A DNA stretch of 46,638 nt from Chiloscyllium plagiosum (lineage: Eukaryota). The DNA lies in the NCBI RefSeq assembly GCF_004010195.1, contig NC_057718.1, positions 16,338,128 through 16,384,765 on the forward strand, written 5' to 3'. The notes below the pieces were generated by a model that had not been told where the DNA came from, did no database searches, and saw nothing but the letters and a program-made list of their open reading frames with translations. A program made the position numbers and the translations under genes. Shown here in pieces: positions 11,965 through 23,260 of the stretch (position 1 is its first letter; each line of letters begins with the position of its first letter).

Positions 11965-12860
11965 TGTGTACTCGTGGGTTCACCCTGACCCGTTCAGACA
12001 TGGGGGGTTTTGCTCCATCCCTGATCATCTGCTCCCAGACGGTCCAACTGACCGCATTGCTCTCCGTGCACATGGAATATTTTGATGTGGTTGGTTTTGT
12101 GGGGGGGATGGTGTTTTGAAACGTGTATCAAGGGGACGGCCTTTATCCAAGATACATTTATTCATTTCTACATGGAGAGATGAAGACGATGGGAATGGCT
12201 GCCTGCTTCTGAATGAAGAGGCCGTGACTGCTGCCAGGACAGTGGTATTCATCAACATGATGTACTGTGCATGGACACACTGTTACATTAATAGAGTGAG
12301 AGCTCCTTCAGTTCCTCTACCTCTCCCCATTGACATGGCTAACCCGCAGATGCCATGTCCACCAATGGGAATCCTACAATACTAGGAAAAAAAGGATACA
12401 CCCAGCAGCCTCCCGCTGAGGGAGAAACGATGTATTTTACTCATCCACCATATATATCCTCCGTCACCGAATGGTGACATTGATGTTGAGATACTGGGAG
12501 ATGATGGATATGTTACCCAGTCCTGCCTGGAAAGTTCCGGATCATAGAAGCTGAATGAAACAGTGACCCTAACAGCCACTGACAGCACCGTCCTCCGCCT
12601 CGTATGCAGCTGTGGGTTGAAGGAGGTGACACCGCTCTGTGACCAGCTCCTTGTTCAGTCAGGATCCTCTCACACTCTGCTCCTGGGTTAAATGGAGCTT
12701 GAGAAGCTGTTCCTGGAAAATCCCGCAGTGGATACGCAGATCTCTTTCACCACTCGCACTCACTGCGTTGTTTCAGAGCTTCCCCTCTCTGCAGCCTCTG
12801 CTCCATTTGTTGTTCATATTGCAGGCTCAGATTCTGTAGCTAAAGTTCCCATGCTCCATC
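11965..12860 (-). pseudogene. PIF/Harbinger (HARBI1-like) DDE transposase relic
   Basis: Minus-strand translation across frameshifts gives EQCVR..L.KELVTE.CHLLQP, LSVAVRVTVSFSFY.GTFQAGLGNISIISQ, IVGFP, HSINV..C, PGSSHG.FI and DKG.P, in the order expected for Harbinger transposases. Confidence 0.7.
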
Positions 12861-12996
12861 CCGAATTGGGTCACCAAATCCTCAGGTCTCCCTGAATGTC
12901 TGAGGCAGCTCACAGCACAAACTCCCGCAAACCATCCCCAGCACCTCCGTTAACTTTTCAATAAAATGAGTCAGTCAGAAACTCCTCGGCTACAAA

Positions 12997-13618
12997 TGTT
13001 GTAGACCAGACCAGATCCCCACAAAATATTTTAAGCAGTCCACTTAGACCCAAACCTTTCCTTATTTTAAACATAGGTGGGAAGTGTGCTTTCCAGATAC
13101 GTTGTGATTGGTCAACCAACTCGACATTAATCAAAATATAATCGATTCAAATGCTTTAGTTAAAATACAATTCAAGAGAAGAACATTTTGAGATAGCTTA
13201 TATGTTTGGACACGTACACATACAATAGATACCATACCTTCTTGGTATACACTGCTTGGCACACAGATATATTCAAATACAGATTCTTACAAACAGTTTT
13301 CTGATCCAGGAGGAATCAACATCAAAAGAGATCTCAGAGAGAAAGGCAGCTAGGGATCATGCATTAAAACTTCCAACCATTCTGGGATCTCCAGCAGCTT
13401 CTGAATGCTGCAGCTAAAAACAAAACAAGAAAACCTGGTCTGGGAGAGCTGGCCACTGCCCTTCCATTGTTATCACCGTTTTTATAAAACGTAAAGCCTT
13501 TGTCAGTTATTTACTTAAACTGTTTTCAGACAGCATTTCTGCATCTCTGCCTTTAAAACCTCTCTTCAAAAAAAAACCCGAGAGAAAATAACTTTTTTAC
13601 AGTGATAGTATCCTCACA
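12997..13618 (-). mobile_element. 3' LTR of a Gmr1-like LTR retrotransposon
   Basis: The minus strand reads TGTGAGG...CTACAACA (TG...CA) and is directly preceded by the purine-rich tract ttaaaggtggagt (putative PPT, 13619-13631). Confidence 0.65.
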
Positions 13619-13920
13619 ACTCCACCTTTAATAAAATGATCCATCAATATACAAAGATCCTAATCTTCCTCTGTTAGTAAACTGAAATGCATATATATTA
13701 CATTGACTCTGAGCACACAAATGTTCACAACTTGATTCAATTTCAGTCATTTCACTCCTGCCACAGAATGCCTTTTGTATTTCTTCATTCAAGTCTCCAC
13801 AATGTGTCAAAACTTAGGTTTTCTCGCCCTGTCACCTGTATAATTTCAAATTGAATGGAAGCAAGAAGAAGCTCAATCGAAACAGACTGGTATTTTTCTC
13901 CCTAAACTCGCATCTCCCTG

Positions 13921-14123
13921 GAGAAAGTGAGGTCTGCAGATGCTGGAGATCAGAGATGGAAATGTGTTGCTGGAAAAGCGCAGCAGGTCAGGCAGCATCT
14001 AGGGAACAGTAGAATCGAATTTTCAGGCATTAGCCTGAAGAAGGGCTAATGCCCGAAACGTCGATTGTACTGTTCCCTAGATGCTGCCTGACCTGCTGCG
14101 CTTTTCCAGCAACACATTTCCAT
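13921..14123 (-). mobile_element. Short Penelope-derived inverted-repeat element with 12-13 bp TSD
   Basis: Arms 13955-14035 and 14043-14124 are near-perfect reverse complements. The sequence matches the Penelope-like 3' end at 28640-28764. tcgcatctccctg flanks both sides (13908-13920, 14123-14135). Confidence 0.9.
14035..14062 (+). ncRNA. Minimal type I hammerhead ribozyme core
   Basis: CTGAAGA-a-GGGC-taat-GCCC-GAAA-CGTC has both conserved boxes, a perfect 4-bp helix II, palindromic ACGT in place of helix III, and a GUC cleavage triplet. Confidence 0.75.
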
Positions 14124-15109
14124 CGCATCTCCCTGCCCTTGCACACGAGTTCGCACGACTGCAGGAAGTGAATTGTTGAACTTCTCCAAAATAAGAATCT
14201 CTGTAAGAGTGCCATAACTTTGCTCAGTTTTTAATACTCTTCCCCACCTTTCAAAATTACTTTGTTAGATTCTTTCAAACTCAATGTGCGTTTAACCATG
14301 GAGGCTATTTTAGATTCCTGAAACACTGTCTGTCAGCTTCTGTCACAAGCTCATATACACTTCAGATGGCTTTCTTCACCTCCTCCTACTCCCCCGACAC
14401 CGCCTCCGATAGGGATGCAAATACCTATCAGCTTTGTTTGAATCAACTAAATCCATATGTTCACTGAGCACTGCATTTGTTTAGCCACTTCCTGAAATGA
14501 AATTAAAAAGGCTCCCCCATCCTTCTTATCAAATGTAGATAATATCTGGATGTATTTAAACAGATCCCCATCAAGCATTTGGCTACTATAGGGTTGCTCA
14601 TCCTCACTTTCCTCCTCATCCAGCTTACCGTCTCCCTTCATCACCGCCTTCTATGTCAACTTTACTCTCTAATTACTAACCTTTGAAGTTGAAACTCTCT
14701 GCTTTTCTTCTCTCCTTTTCTCTCTTTCGTCTTCATTTCCTGTTCTTTTATTTCTACTTTTCATCATAATTCAAACATGTTGCAATTTCTTCTTATGTTA
14801 AAAGTGCCTCATTTGAAATTGAATTCTTGCCATTTCCGAAGACTCTGATGGCGTTTCCACCAAAGGTAATTGCCGAGCTATAGCTGTAATTATCTCTCAT
14901 TTTCTAACAGACAAACACAACCCCAACTCCAGCTTGTCTGCCATTTCCTACAGCTTTGCCTTCATTACCTCTTGTAAAACCCCCAACTTCACTTCTTCCA
15001 CACCCAGAATCTTTATACACAAAACACTGTTTACACCAACCGAATCCAGTACCCGGAACAAAAGACACTAACAGCTACCATACACGACCTTTCAACCCAA
15101 TAGCCTCCT

Positions 15110-15371
15110 GGTGCATACTCTCTTGTGTCTGCAAGAGCTTATTCTGGATTCGCTGGTTTCCTCCCACAGTCCAAAGCTGTGCATGCCAGGTGAATTGGCC
15201 ATGCTAAATTGTTTGTAGTTTTCAAGGATGTGTGGGTTCGGAGTTTTTCTCGGGGTAAATGTGTAATAATAGGGTGGAGTAATGTGTCTGGGTAGGTTCG
15301 TCCTCCGAGGGTCAGTGTGGACTTGTTGGGTCGAATTGCCTGTTTGCGCACTGTAGGGATTGTAATTCTAA
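15110..15371 (+). mobile_element. HE1/V-SINE-type SINE, 5'-truncated and degenerate
   Basis: ggtttcctcccacagtccaaag...aggtgaattggccatgctaaattg matches the SINE at 18462-18774. Confidence 0.8.
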
Positions 15372-15389
15372 CCGAATTTGCTGTTACCG

Positions 15390-15889
15390 NNNNNNNNNNN
15401 NNNNNNNNNNNNNNNNNNNNNNNNNNNNNNNNNNNNNNNNNNNNNNNNNNNNNNNNNNNNNNNNNNNNNNNNNNNNNNNNNNNNNNNNNNNNNNNNNNNN
15501 NNNNNNNNNNNNNNNNNNNNNNNNNNNNNNNNNNNNNNNNNNNNNNNNNNNNNNNNNNNNNNNNNNNNNNNNNNNNNNNNNNNNNNNNNNNNNNNNNNNN
15601 NNNNNNNNNNNNNNNNNNNNNNNNNNNNNNNNNNNNNNNNNNNNNNNNNNNNNNNNNNNNNNNNNNNNNNNNNNNNNNNNNNNNNNNNNNNNNNNNNNNN
15701 NNNNNNNNNNNNNNNNNNNNNNNNNNNNNNNNNNNNNNNNNNNNNNNNNNNNNNNNNNNNNNNNNNNNNNNNNNNNNNNNNNNNNNNNNNNNNNNNNNNN
15801 NNNNNNNNNNNNNNNNNNNNNNNNNNNNNNNNNNNNNNNNNNNNNNNNNNNNNNNNNNNNNNNNNNNNNNNNNNNNNNNNNNNNNNNNN
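15390..15889. other. Assembly gap (N run)
   Basis: Run of N. Confidence 1.
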
Positions 15890-16263
15890 TCTATAAAATC
15901 ATGAAGGGTATAGACAGGGTGGATAGAGACAAGCTTTTTCCCCAGGGTGAAGGATTCAGTAACAAGAGGTCACACTTTCAAGGTGAGACGTGGAAAGTTT
16001 AAGGGGGATACATGCGGCAAGTACTTCACACAGAGGGTTGTGGGTGTCTGGAACACGTTGCCAGTAGAGGTGGTAGAGGCAGGCAGGGTAGATTCATTTA
16101 AGATGCGTCTGGATAAATGCATGAGTAGGTGGGGAGTAGAGGGATACAATTCCGATGCTTAGGAATTGACCGACAGGTTTAGACAGTACATTTGGATCGT
16201 CTCAGGCTTGGAGGGCCGAAGGGCCTGTTCCTGGGCTGTGAATTTTCTTTGTTCTTTGTTCTT
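15890..16263 (+). mobile_element. CR1 LINE 3' end
   Basis: TRGHTFKVRRGKFKGD..YFTQRVVGVWNTLP, then gagggccgaagggcctgtt and a (gttcttt)n tail. Confidence 0.9.
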
Positions 16264-17530
16264 AAATGGATAGCATGTTTAACAAAGTGATCACACCACA
16301 AATTAAGACCAGACTAGTAAGAAGTGAATGGGTGACCGCTACATAGTCTAAAAAGATCAGCCAAGTAGTGCAGGAGTTCTGTCTGAGTCTGTTTTGCATT
16401 ATCTCACTTCGTAATCAGTTTTCCATTTTGGATACAGGTGGGGGACATGGATTGTGAAGGGAATGTACTGAGAACCAAGCTTATAGCATAGCAACAGAAA
16501 CAGAAATTGTGGGAAAAACTCAGCAGGTCTGGCAGCATCTGTGGAGAGAAAGCAGCAATGATGTTTTGGTTCTAGTGACCCTTTGCAGAACTGATGGTGG
16601 CTAGGAAAAGTTGGTATTTATCCACAAGATGGGGAGGGGGAGGAAGAGGCCAAAGAAAAAGAAAAAAATCCTTTAGTGGCAGATGGGGTCACTATGATAA
16701 ATCTGCAAAGCTGAGACCTGAGTGAATAGCATGTTTAACAAAGTGGTCATGCCATAGTTTAAGGGCAGGCTACTAGTTTCGCTCTCTCTTCGGGCTCTGT
16801 CTCCACTTTCCATTTGTTCCTCCCATTCCCCCCTCCCCCATCCCATCTTCTGGAAAAATACTTTTTTTGTAGCCACCATCAGTTCTGATAAAGGTCACTG
16901 CACTTGAAACATTAATCCTGCTTTCTCTCCACAGATGCTGCCAGATCTGCTGAGGTTTTAAAATCAATTTCTGTTTTGTTTCTGATTTCCAGCATCACAG
17001 TTCTTTCAATTTTTTGTTTCATGGCACAACATGTAGCTCTACTGCACAGGTGGAGTGGGAAGAGGTGTGGCAGGGCGTGAGTGATAGGTAATTCCATAGT
17101 TAAAGGAACAGAAGGGCATTGCTGTGACCATAGACATGACTCCAGGACAGTGTGTTTCCTTTTTAGTGTCAAAATGTTTCCTTTTTAAGGATGTCAAAAT
17201 AGATGTAAGCTCTTCTTTGGGTTGTGGGGGTGGGGTGAGAGGGAGGGGAGGAGGGGTAGAATGTTTACCATTGGCATCAACAATGTAGGTAGAAGGAAGG
17301 ATGAGGTCCTGAAAGTAGAGTTTAGATAGGTAGGCAAGAGACTGACAGGCATGACCTCCAAGTTAGTAATCTCAAGATTGCTAGAGAGTATGTAAATAGG
17401 AACATTGAGCAAATTAACACATGCCTGGAAACATGATGCAAGAGGGAGGGCTTTTGATTTCTGGGCAGTTGGGATCACTTCTGGTGCCCAGTGACCTGTA
17501 CAAGGAAGGACAGATTATACTTTTGTATGA
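16264..17530 (+). mobile_element. Degenerate CR1 ORF1 (SGNH esterase-like) fragment, interrupted at ~16492-17020
   Basis: VIGNSIVKGTEGHCCD..DSRTVC near 17080 (GDS-type block I) and TSKLVISRLL; the latter is homologous to the ORF1 end at 45489-45755. Confidence 0.6.
16492..17020 (+). mobile_element. Penelope-derived inverted-repeat element with degenerate hammerhead
   Basis: 16493-16645 is the reverse complement of ~16820-16980. The core-like stretch CTGATAAaggtcactgcacttGAAAcatt is at 16885-16913 and the tail tctgatttccagcatc follows the right arm. Confidence 0.75.
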
Positions 17531-17639
17531 TAGAAATCTCCATTAAGTTTGCAAATAATGCAGATCAATCTTAAACAAGGGCTTTAAATCTAAACAAAGG
17601 CAATTATGGCACGAGGAAGTTGACTGCGATCGATTTTAA

Positions 17640-19352
17640 AATCATAATTGTGCAGCATGGAAACAGACCCTGCAGTCCAACTTGTCCATGCCGACCAGGT
17701 ATCCTAAATTAATCTAATCCTATTTGCTATCATTTGGTCCATATCCCTCTAAACTCTTGCTACCCATCCAGATTCCTTTTAAATATTATTGTACTAGCCC
17801 GCACACTTCCTTTGTCAGTTCATTCCATACATGCACCACGCTCTGCGTGAAAAAGATGTCCCTTGGGTCCATTTTAAATCTTTCTCCTTTCATCTTTAAC
17901 TTATTCCCTCTAGTTTTGGACATCTCCACCCTGCAGAAAAGACCTTGCCTATTCATGCATTGCAGGCCCCTCATGATTTTATAAACCTCTGTAAGGTCAT
18001 CCCTCAGCCTCCGATGCTCCAGGGAAAATAGCCCCAGCCTGTTCAGCCTCTCCCTATAGTTCAAACCCTTCAACCATGGCAACATCCTTGTAAATCTTAT
18101 CTGAATTCTTTCAAGTTTCACAACATCCTTCCAATAGGAGGGAGACCAGAATTGCACACAATATTGGCCTAACCAATGTCCTGTACAAATGCAACATGAC
18201 CTCCCAATTCCAACATTCAATGCTCTGACCAATAAAGGCAAACTTACCAAATGCCTTTTTCACTATCCTATATATCTCCAACTCCACTTTCAAGGAACTG
18301 TGAACTTGCACTACAAGGTATCTTTGTTCAGCAACACTCCCCAGGACCTTACCATTAAGTTTATAAGTCCTGCCCTGACTTGCCTTTCCAAAATGCAGCA
18401 ACTCTCATTCATCTAAATTAAACTCCATCTGCTACTTCTTGGCCCATTGGCCCATCTGATTAAGATTAGATTAGATTAAATTCCCTACAATGTGGAAACA
18501 GGCCCTTCGGTCCAACTAGTCCACACCGACCCTCCGAAGAGCAACCCACCCAGACCCATTTCCCTCTGACTAACGCACCTAACACTATGGGCAATTTAAC
18601 ATGGCAAATTCACCTGACCTGTACATCTTTGGACTGTGGGAGGAAACTGGAGCACTCGGAGGAAACCCACGCAGACATGGGGAGAATGTGCAAACTCCAC
18701 ACAGTCGCCCGAGGCTGGAATCGAACCTGGGACCCTGGTACTGTGAGGCAGTAGTGCTAACCACTGAACCTCCCACTGTACTCTGTGGTAACCTTCTTCG
18801 CTGACCACTGCATGTCCAGTTTTGGTGTCATTTGCAAACCTACTAACCATACCTCCTATATTCACATTCAAATTATTTATATAAATGACGAAAAGCAGTG
18901 GTCCCAGCACCGATCCTTGTGACACACCACTCGTCACAGGTCTCCAGTCTGAAAAACAACCCTCCACCACTACCCTCTATCTTCTACCTTCGAGCCAGTT
19001 CTGTATCCAAATGGCTAGTTCTCCCTGCATTCCATGTGATCTAAACCTGCTAACCAGTCTACCATGAGGAACCTTGTCAAACACCTTGATGAAGTCTATA
19101 TAGATAACGACCAACGCTTGCCCTCATCAATCCTCTTTTGTTACTTCTTCAAAAAAACTCAATCAAGTTAGTGAGACATGACTTCCCACGCACAAAGCCA
19201 TATAGACTATCCATAATCAGTCCTTGCTTTCCAGATGCATGTGACTCCTGTCCGTCAGGATTCCCTCTAACAGCTTGCCCATCATCAGTGTCACGCTCAT
19301 CCGGTCTATAGTTCCCTGACTTTTCCTCACCACCTTTCTTAAATAGTAGCAC
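17640..19352 (-). mobile_element. CR1 LINE, 5'-truncated (RT to 3' end), interrupted by a SINE
   Basis: [79 protein letters not shown]. Confidence 0.95.
18462..18774 (-). mobile_element. HE1/V-SINE-type tRNA-derived SINE, near full length
   Basis: The minus strand has an A-box-like ggttcagtggttagc, a B box ggttcgattcc, the V-domain tgtgtggagtttgcacattctcccc..gggtttcctcc and a (tctaa)n tail. Confidence 0.9.
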
Positions 19353-19969
19353 TATTTGAAAGTATATTAAAAGATCTAGCCATAGATAAGCAGTGTCTGA
19401 TATTTCACTAATTAATGGTTAACTTGCAAAACATTTATATTTCTTTTCAGGCAAAAGATATCCAATAGGAAAAGCAAGGGCGCCATTGCTAACAAGGGAA
19501 GTTAAAGATAGCCTTAGGTCAAAGAAGAAAACTTACATAATTGCCAAAATACCTTGTAAGCCTGAGGACTGGGAAAATTTTGGAATTCAGTGGAGGAGGA
19601 CCAAGGGATCAATAAAGAAAGAAAAAATAGAAGATAAATGTAAAATATCAAAAAACATAAAAAAGAAGCTGGTTAAAGCTTCCATAGTATGTGAATAACA
19701 AAAGGTTAGCAACACTTGGAGATCCATTAAAGGCGAAGACAGGAGAATTCGTAATAGGAAATTGAGAAATAGCAGAGAAGCCTAATGATTACTTTGTATC
19801 TGTCTTCACAGATGAAGACCCCCATGAGTTTCCCTGGAATTAATAAAGATACACAAGTCTAATTTGGGTTTGGAGCCAAAAGAAATTTTTAAAAAAAGGA
19901 GTTTTGGAGAAAGTTGACAAATCTCTGTGACTTAGTAGCCTTTACCCCCAGAATGCTGATATTAATGGC

Positions 19970-20226
19970 AGCAATCATTGGCCTAAGACTGTCCAAAGTG
20001 GAGGAAGAGCATCTGAGAGGGCATTGAGCACCATGAGATTTGCTGTCAGAATAAAATGAGCAGCATCCAAGAGGGCACAAAGTACGCTGCCCCACTCACC
20101 CACACCTTCCTATGACCACAGCCTGACCCAAGCGTAACAGAACCTGTGTTGGTGCATAGGTCTATGAATTCATCATGAGAGTGGGACAGAGTCATCCTTG
20201 TGTGTGAGGGTCCGCCAGTGATGATG
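19970..20226 (+). mobile_element. Probable RTE-clade LINE 3' fragment
   Basis: Starts with DCPKWRKSI, ends agtcatccttg..gagggtccgccagtgatgatgat with a (GAT)n tail, and is flanked by tgatattaatggc (19957-19969) and tgatattgatggc (20225-20237). Confidence 0.6.
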
Positions 20227-20689
20227 ATATTGATGGCTACAGAGACTTTGGATACATTGGTGATCTGACAAAATTCTATTAGTTTTGCAACAGTGCCTGC
20301 AGATTGGAAGGTTGTGAATATTATCTGATTATTTAATGAAGAGGGAGAGAAGAAATAGGGAATTACAGACCTGGATGCCAATAGTAAGGGAAATACCAGA
20401 CTCTATTGTAAAGGATTTGATTACTGGATATCTAGAAAACAATTGCCTGATTAGGCAGTCAACATGGATTTCTGAAAGGGATACCATGTTGGCAAATTTG
20501 ATAGTCTGTTGAGTCTGTAACAATAGTCAGTAAGGGAGAACAAGTGGGTAATCGTGTATTTGGATTTAAAGACTTTGAATAAAATCCCACACAGGAGACT
20601 TGTTAACAAAATTAAAGTGTGTGAATTTGGGACTACACTAGCATGGATTGAAAATTGGGTTAACAGGCAGAAAGCAGAGTAGGAATAAA

Positions 20690-20890
20690 TGGAGTTCAGT
20701 GGAAGAGGACCAAGGGATCAATAAAGAAAGAAAAAATAGAAGATAAATGTAAAATATCAAAAAACATAAAAAAGAAGCTGGTTAAAGCTTCCATAGTATG
20801 TGAATAACAAAAGGTTAGCAACACTTGGAGATCCATTAAAGGCGAAGACAGGAGAATTCGTAATAGGAAATTGAGAAATAGCAGAGAAGC
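20690..20890 (+). repeat. 201-bp near-identical copy of 19581-19781
   Basis: Direct comparison by eye shows only 2 mismatches, both in the first 15 bp. Confidence 0.95.
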
Positions 20891-21475
20891 AGATTGGAGG
20901 CTGTGACCTGTGGACTACCTCAAAGACCAGTGTATGGGCGGCAGCTATTCATAATATATATCAGGGTGCAGGAAGATGCCAATTGCAATATTTCCAAGTT
21001 TACAGATGGTACAAAGCTTCATGGGAATGAGAGTTGTGAGGAGGATGCAAAGAGGTTTCAGGAGAAGTTTGGTAGTCTGAGTGAGTGGGCAAGAGCACGG
21101 CACATTGAATACAATATGGATGAGAATGAAGTTATCCCATTTGGTAGGAGAAATAAAGATGAGAAATTAGAAAGTGCTGACATTCAGAAGCACCTGGCTA
21201 TCCTTGTTAGTAAGTCACAGAAAGCTAATATGCAGGTGCAGCAAGCAATTCAGATGATTTGTCTTCATCACAAGATAATTTGTGTACAGGAACAAAGTAG
21301 TCTAGCTGAATTGTATAGAATGCAAGTGAAACTTGCTTGGAATATTGTGAGTATTGCTGGTCCCCTTGTCCAAGGACTGGTATAGAAGGGGTGCAGCAGA
21401 AGTGCATCAGACTGATTTCTGGGATGACAAGATTGTCTTTTGAGGAAAGATTGAGAAGACTGCCTGTATCCTCTG

Positions 21476-21673
21476 GATGTGGAGCTGTCGGTGTTAGGCT
21501 GGGGTGCACAAAATTGAAATTCACACGACACCAGGTTATAGAGCAACAGGTTTATTTGAAAGTGCAAGCTTTCAGAACGCTGGTCCTTCATCAGGTAGCT
21601 AGTGGAACAGGATACAGCTGTACTTTCAAATAAACGCATTGGACTATAATCTGGTGTTGTGTGAGTTTCAACT
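21476..21673 (-). mobile_element. Short Penelope-derived inverted-repeat element (second family) with hammerhead core
   Basis: Arms 21512-21570 and 21616-21673 are inverted. The minus strand 21594-21566 reads CTGATGA-aggaccagcgttct-GAAA-GCTT. Degenerate TSD gtatcctctgga/atattatctgga. Same family as 43134-43744. Confidence 0.75.
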
Positions 21674-22599
21674 ATATTATCTGGAGTTTAGAAGATTGAT
21701 ACCTACAAAATATTGAAAGGGATAGTCAGAGTAAATGTAGAGTAGTTTATCACTAAGGATGGAGTAGAACATAGTCTGTATCACTTATTCCATGGCTACC
21801 CGATGAAAGGTTCTAATGAAAAATTCTAGAAATCCATGTAGTGGAGTTTTGTTAACTTTCATAAGTATTCCCTTCAGCTCTGCACTTTCAGCACAAACTT
21901 TATCCTCAGACTACTTATTTATTTCAGAGATCCTGTCCATTTCCAGTTTCTTTTATTGAATAAAAATGGGGCTTGTTAGATTCACTGTTCCTTATAAATT
22001 TTTGTTAGATCCTCTTCAGTGACTGTCCTTTACACTAGGTTTTGAATTTCTCTCTCTATTCCAAATGTGACTTCAATAATGATCAATGTTAGGACAAAGT
22101 AGTTTGTCTTGACATCTAATGAAATGGTGTTGTATTATACTTAGCATATGATATTCTTTGTGGATTACAGCTTCACATTGATCATATAGTGGTGCTGATT
22201 TTATTAGTAATCATCCCATCATTTTCTTCTTCAACCCTAGATAATGAACATGTCAAAACATGGCACATTTGTTTGTGGGCAAAATACATTTCACAACTTT
22301 ACATTTTTCACATCCGTCCTCCATGTCTTATCTGATCAGCTTAAAGTGTTATTCGTCTGTTTAGCAGAAGGAAATTATATAACTTGTATGACCAATGCAT
22401 GTTGTTACCAGCAAGGATCCAGAATAGAGCCATGCAGAATCCTTATCAGAACTATATATAATTATTTCCTGTTCTCTAGTACTAGATCAGCTGAAATCTT
22501 GCTATCTGATTGTTGTTGTTTCTGTAGATCCTTATCTATCTTCACTATACATATGAAATCTTAGAAAATTGAAGCTAATAATATCAACCAATTTGGAAA

Positions 22600-23260
22600 A
22601 TTGTTTTGTTTTTGAGGCACAAGCTGTTCGTGACATCTTAGAAAAGGAAGCCCGTATACTCTTACTTATGAAAAGATATTATTTCATTGGAGGCAGTTAA
22701 GAGAAGGTTCACTAGGATGATCCACAGTACGGAGGGATTCTTAAGTGGCTTGACAAAGTAAATGCTGAGAGAATGTTTCCCTTTATTGGGAGAATCTAGG
22801 ACTGATGGCATCATTGCAGAATAAAAGAGAACCAATGTAAGACTGAGGTGAGGAATAATCTCTTCTCTGAGGGTAGAGAGTCTTTGGGACTCCTTGCTAC
22901 AGAAAGTTTTGGGGCAGAGTCCTTGTACATATTTAAGGCTGAGGTAGATAGATTCTTAATCATGAGGGGAATTGAGAGTTATTGGGAAAGAGCAGGAAAG
23001 TGGCTATGAGGAATGTCAGATCAACCACGGTCCTGTTGAATGGTGGAGCAGGCTTGAGGAGCTGAACAGCCTACTTTTGTTCCTTTCTCTTCTGGTCTTG
23101 TGTCTGCACTCATGCTTTGGAAAACCAATCCAGTTTCAGCTCTCCTGGCTCTTTGCCCATACCCCTGCGTATTTTTCTCCTTGATGCATTTATCCTGTTC
23201 CCTCTTGAAAGCTATGGTTGAATCTGTTTCTACCATCTTATTCACAATGCATTACAAAAC
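22600..23260. mobile_element. Two CR1 3'-end fragments, tail-to-tail (plus 22600-23100, minus 23100-23260)
   Basis: Plus: ttggaggcagttaagagaaggttcactaggatga...gaatggtggagcaggcttgagg. Minus: VETDSTIAFKREQDK. Confidence 0.75.

Larger units (their letters stand above)
13619..15105 (-). mobile_element. Internally deleted Gmr1-like (SCAN-gag) LTR retrotransposon internal region
   Basis: Gag remnants on the minus strand: GDLFKYIQILSTFDKKDGGAFLISFQEVAKQMQC, VKKAI..YELVTEADRQCFRNL, LILEKFNNSLPAVVRTRVQ. A short RNase H C-terminal-like remnant (PFNLK, ~13790-13860) lies just before the PPT and LTR. Confidence 0.65.
19440..21750 (+). mobile_element. Old CR1 LINE ORF2 remnant with three nested insertions
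   Basis: LTREVKDSLRSKKK, EAVTCGLPQRPVYG..ISKFTDGTKL, EYCEYCWSP..IEGVQQKCIRLISGMTRLSFEERLRRL. Confidence 0.85.

Noticed and set aside
13955..14124. Long hairpin as a pre-miRNA or DNA-transposon MITE
   Set aside because: The arms match the 3' end of the Penelope-like element and are asymmetric (34-nt tail). Small-RNA production is not excluded but is unsupported.
18700..18774. tRNA-like sequence with A and B boxes
   Set aside because: It is the head of a SINE, continuous with the V-domain and tail, not a tRNA gene.
22244..22564. 106-aa ATG ORF after a pyrimidine tract and AG
   Set aside because: No recognisable domain, composition typical of AT-rich non-coding DNA, and no supporting exons.
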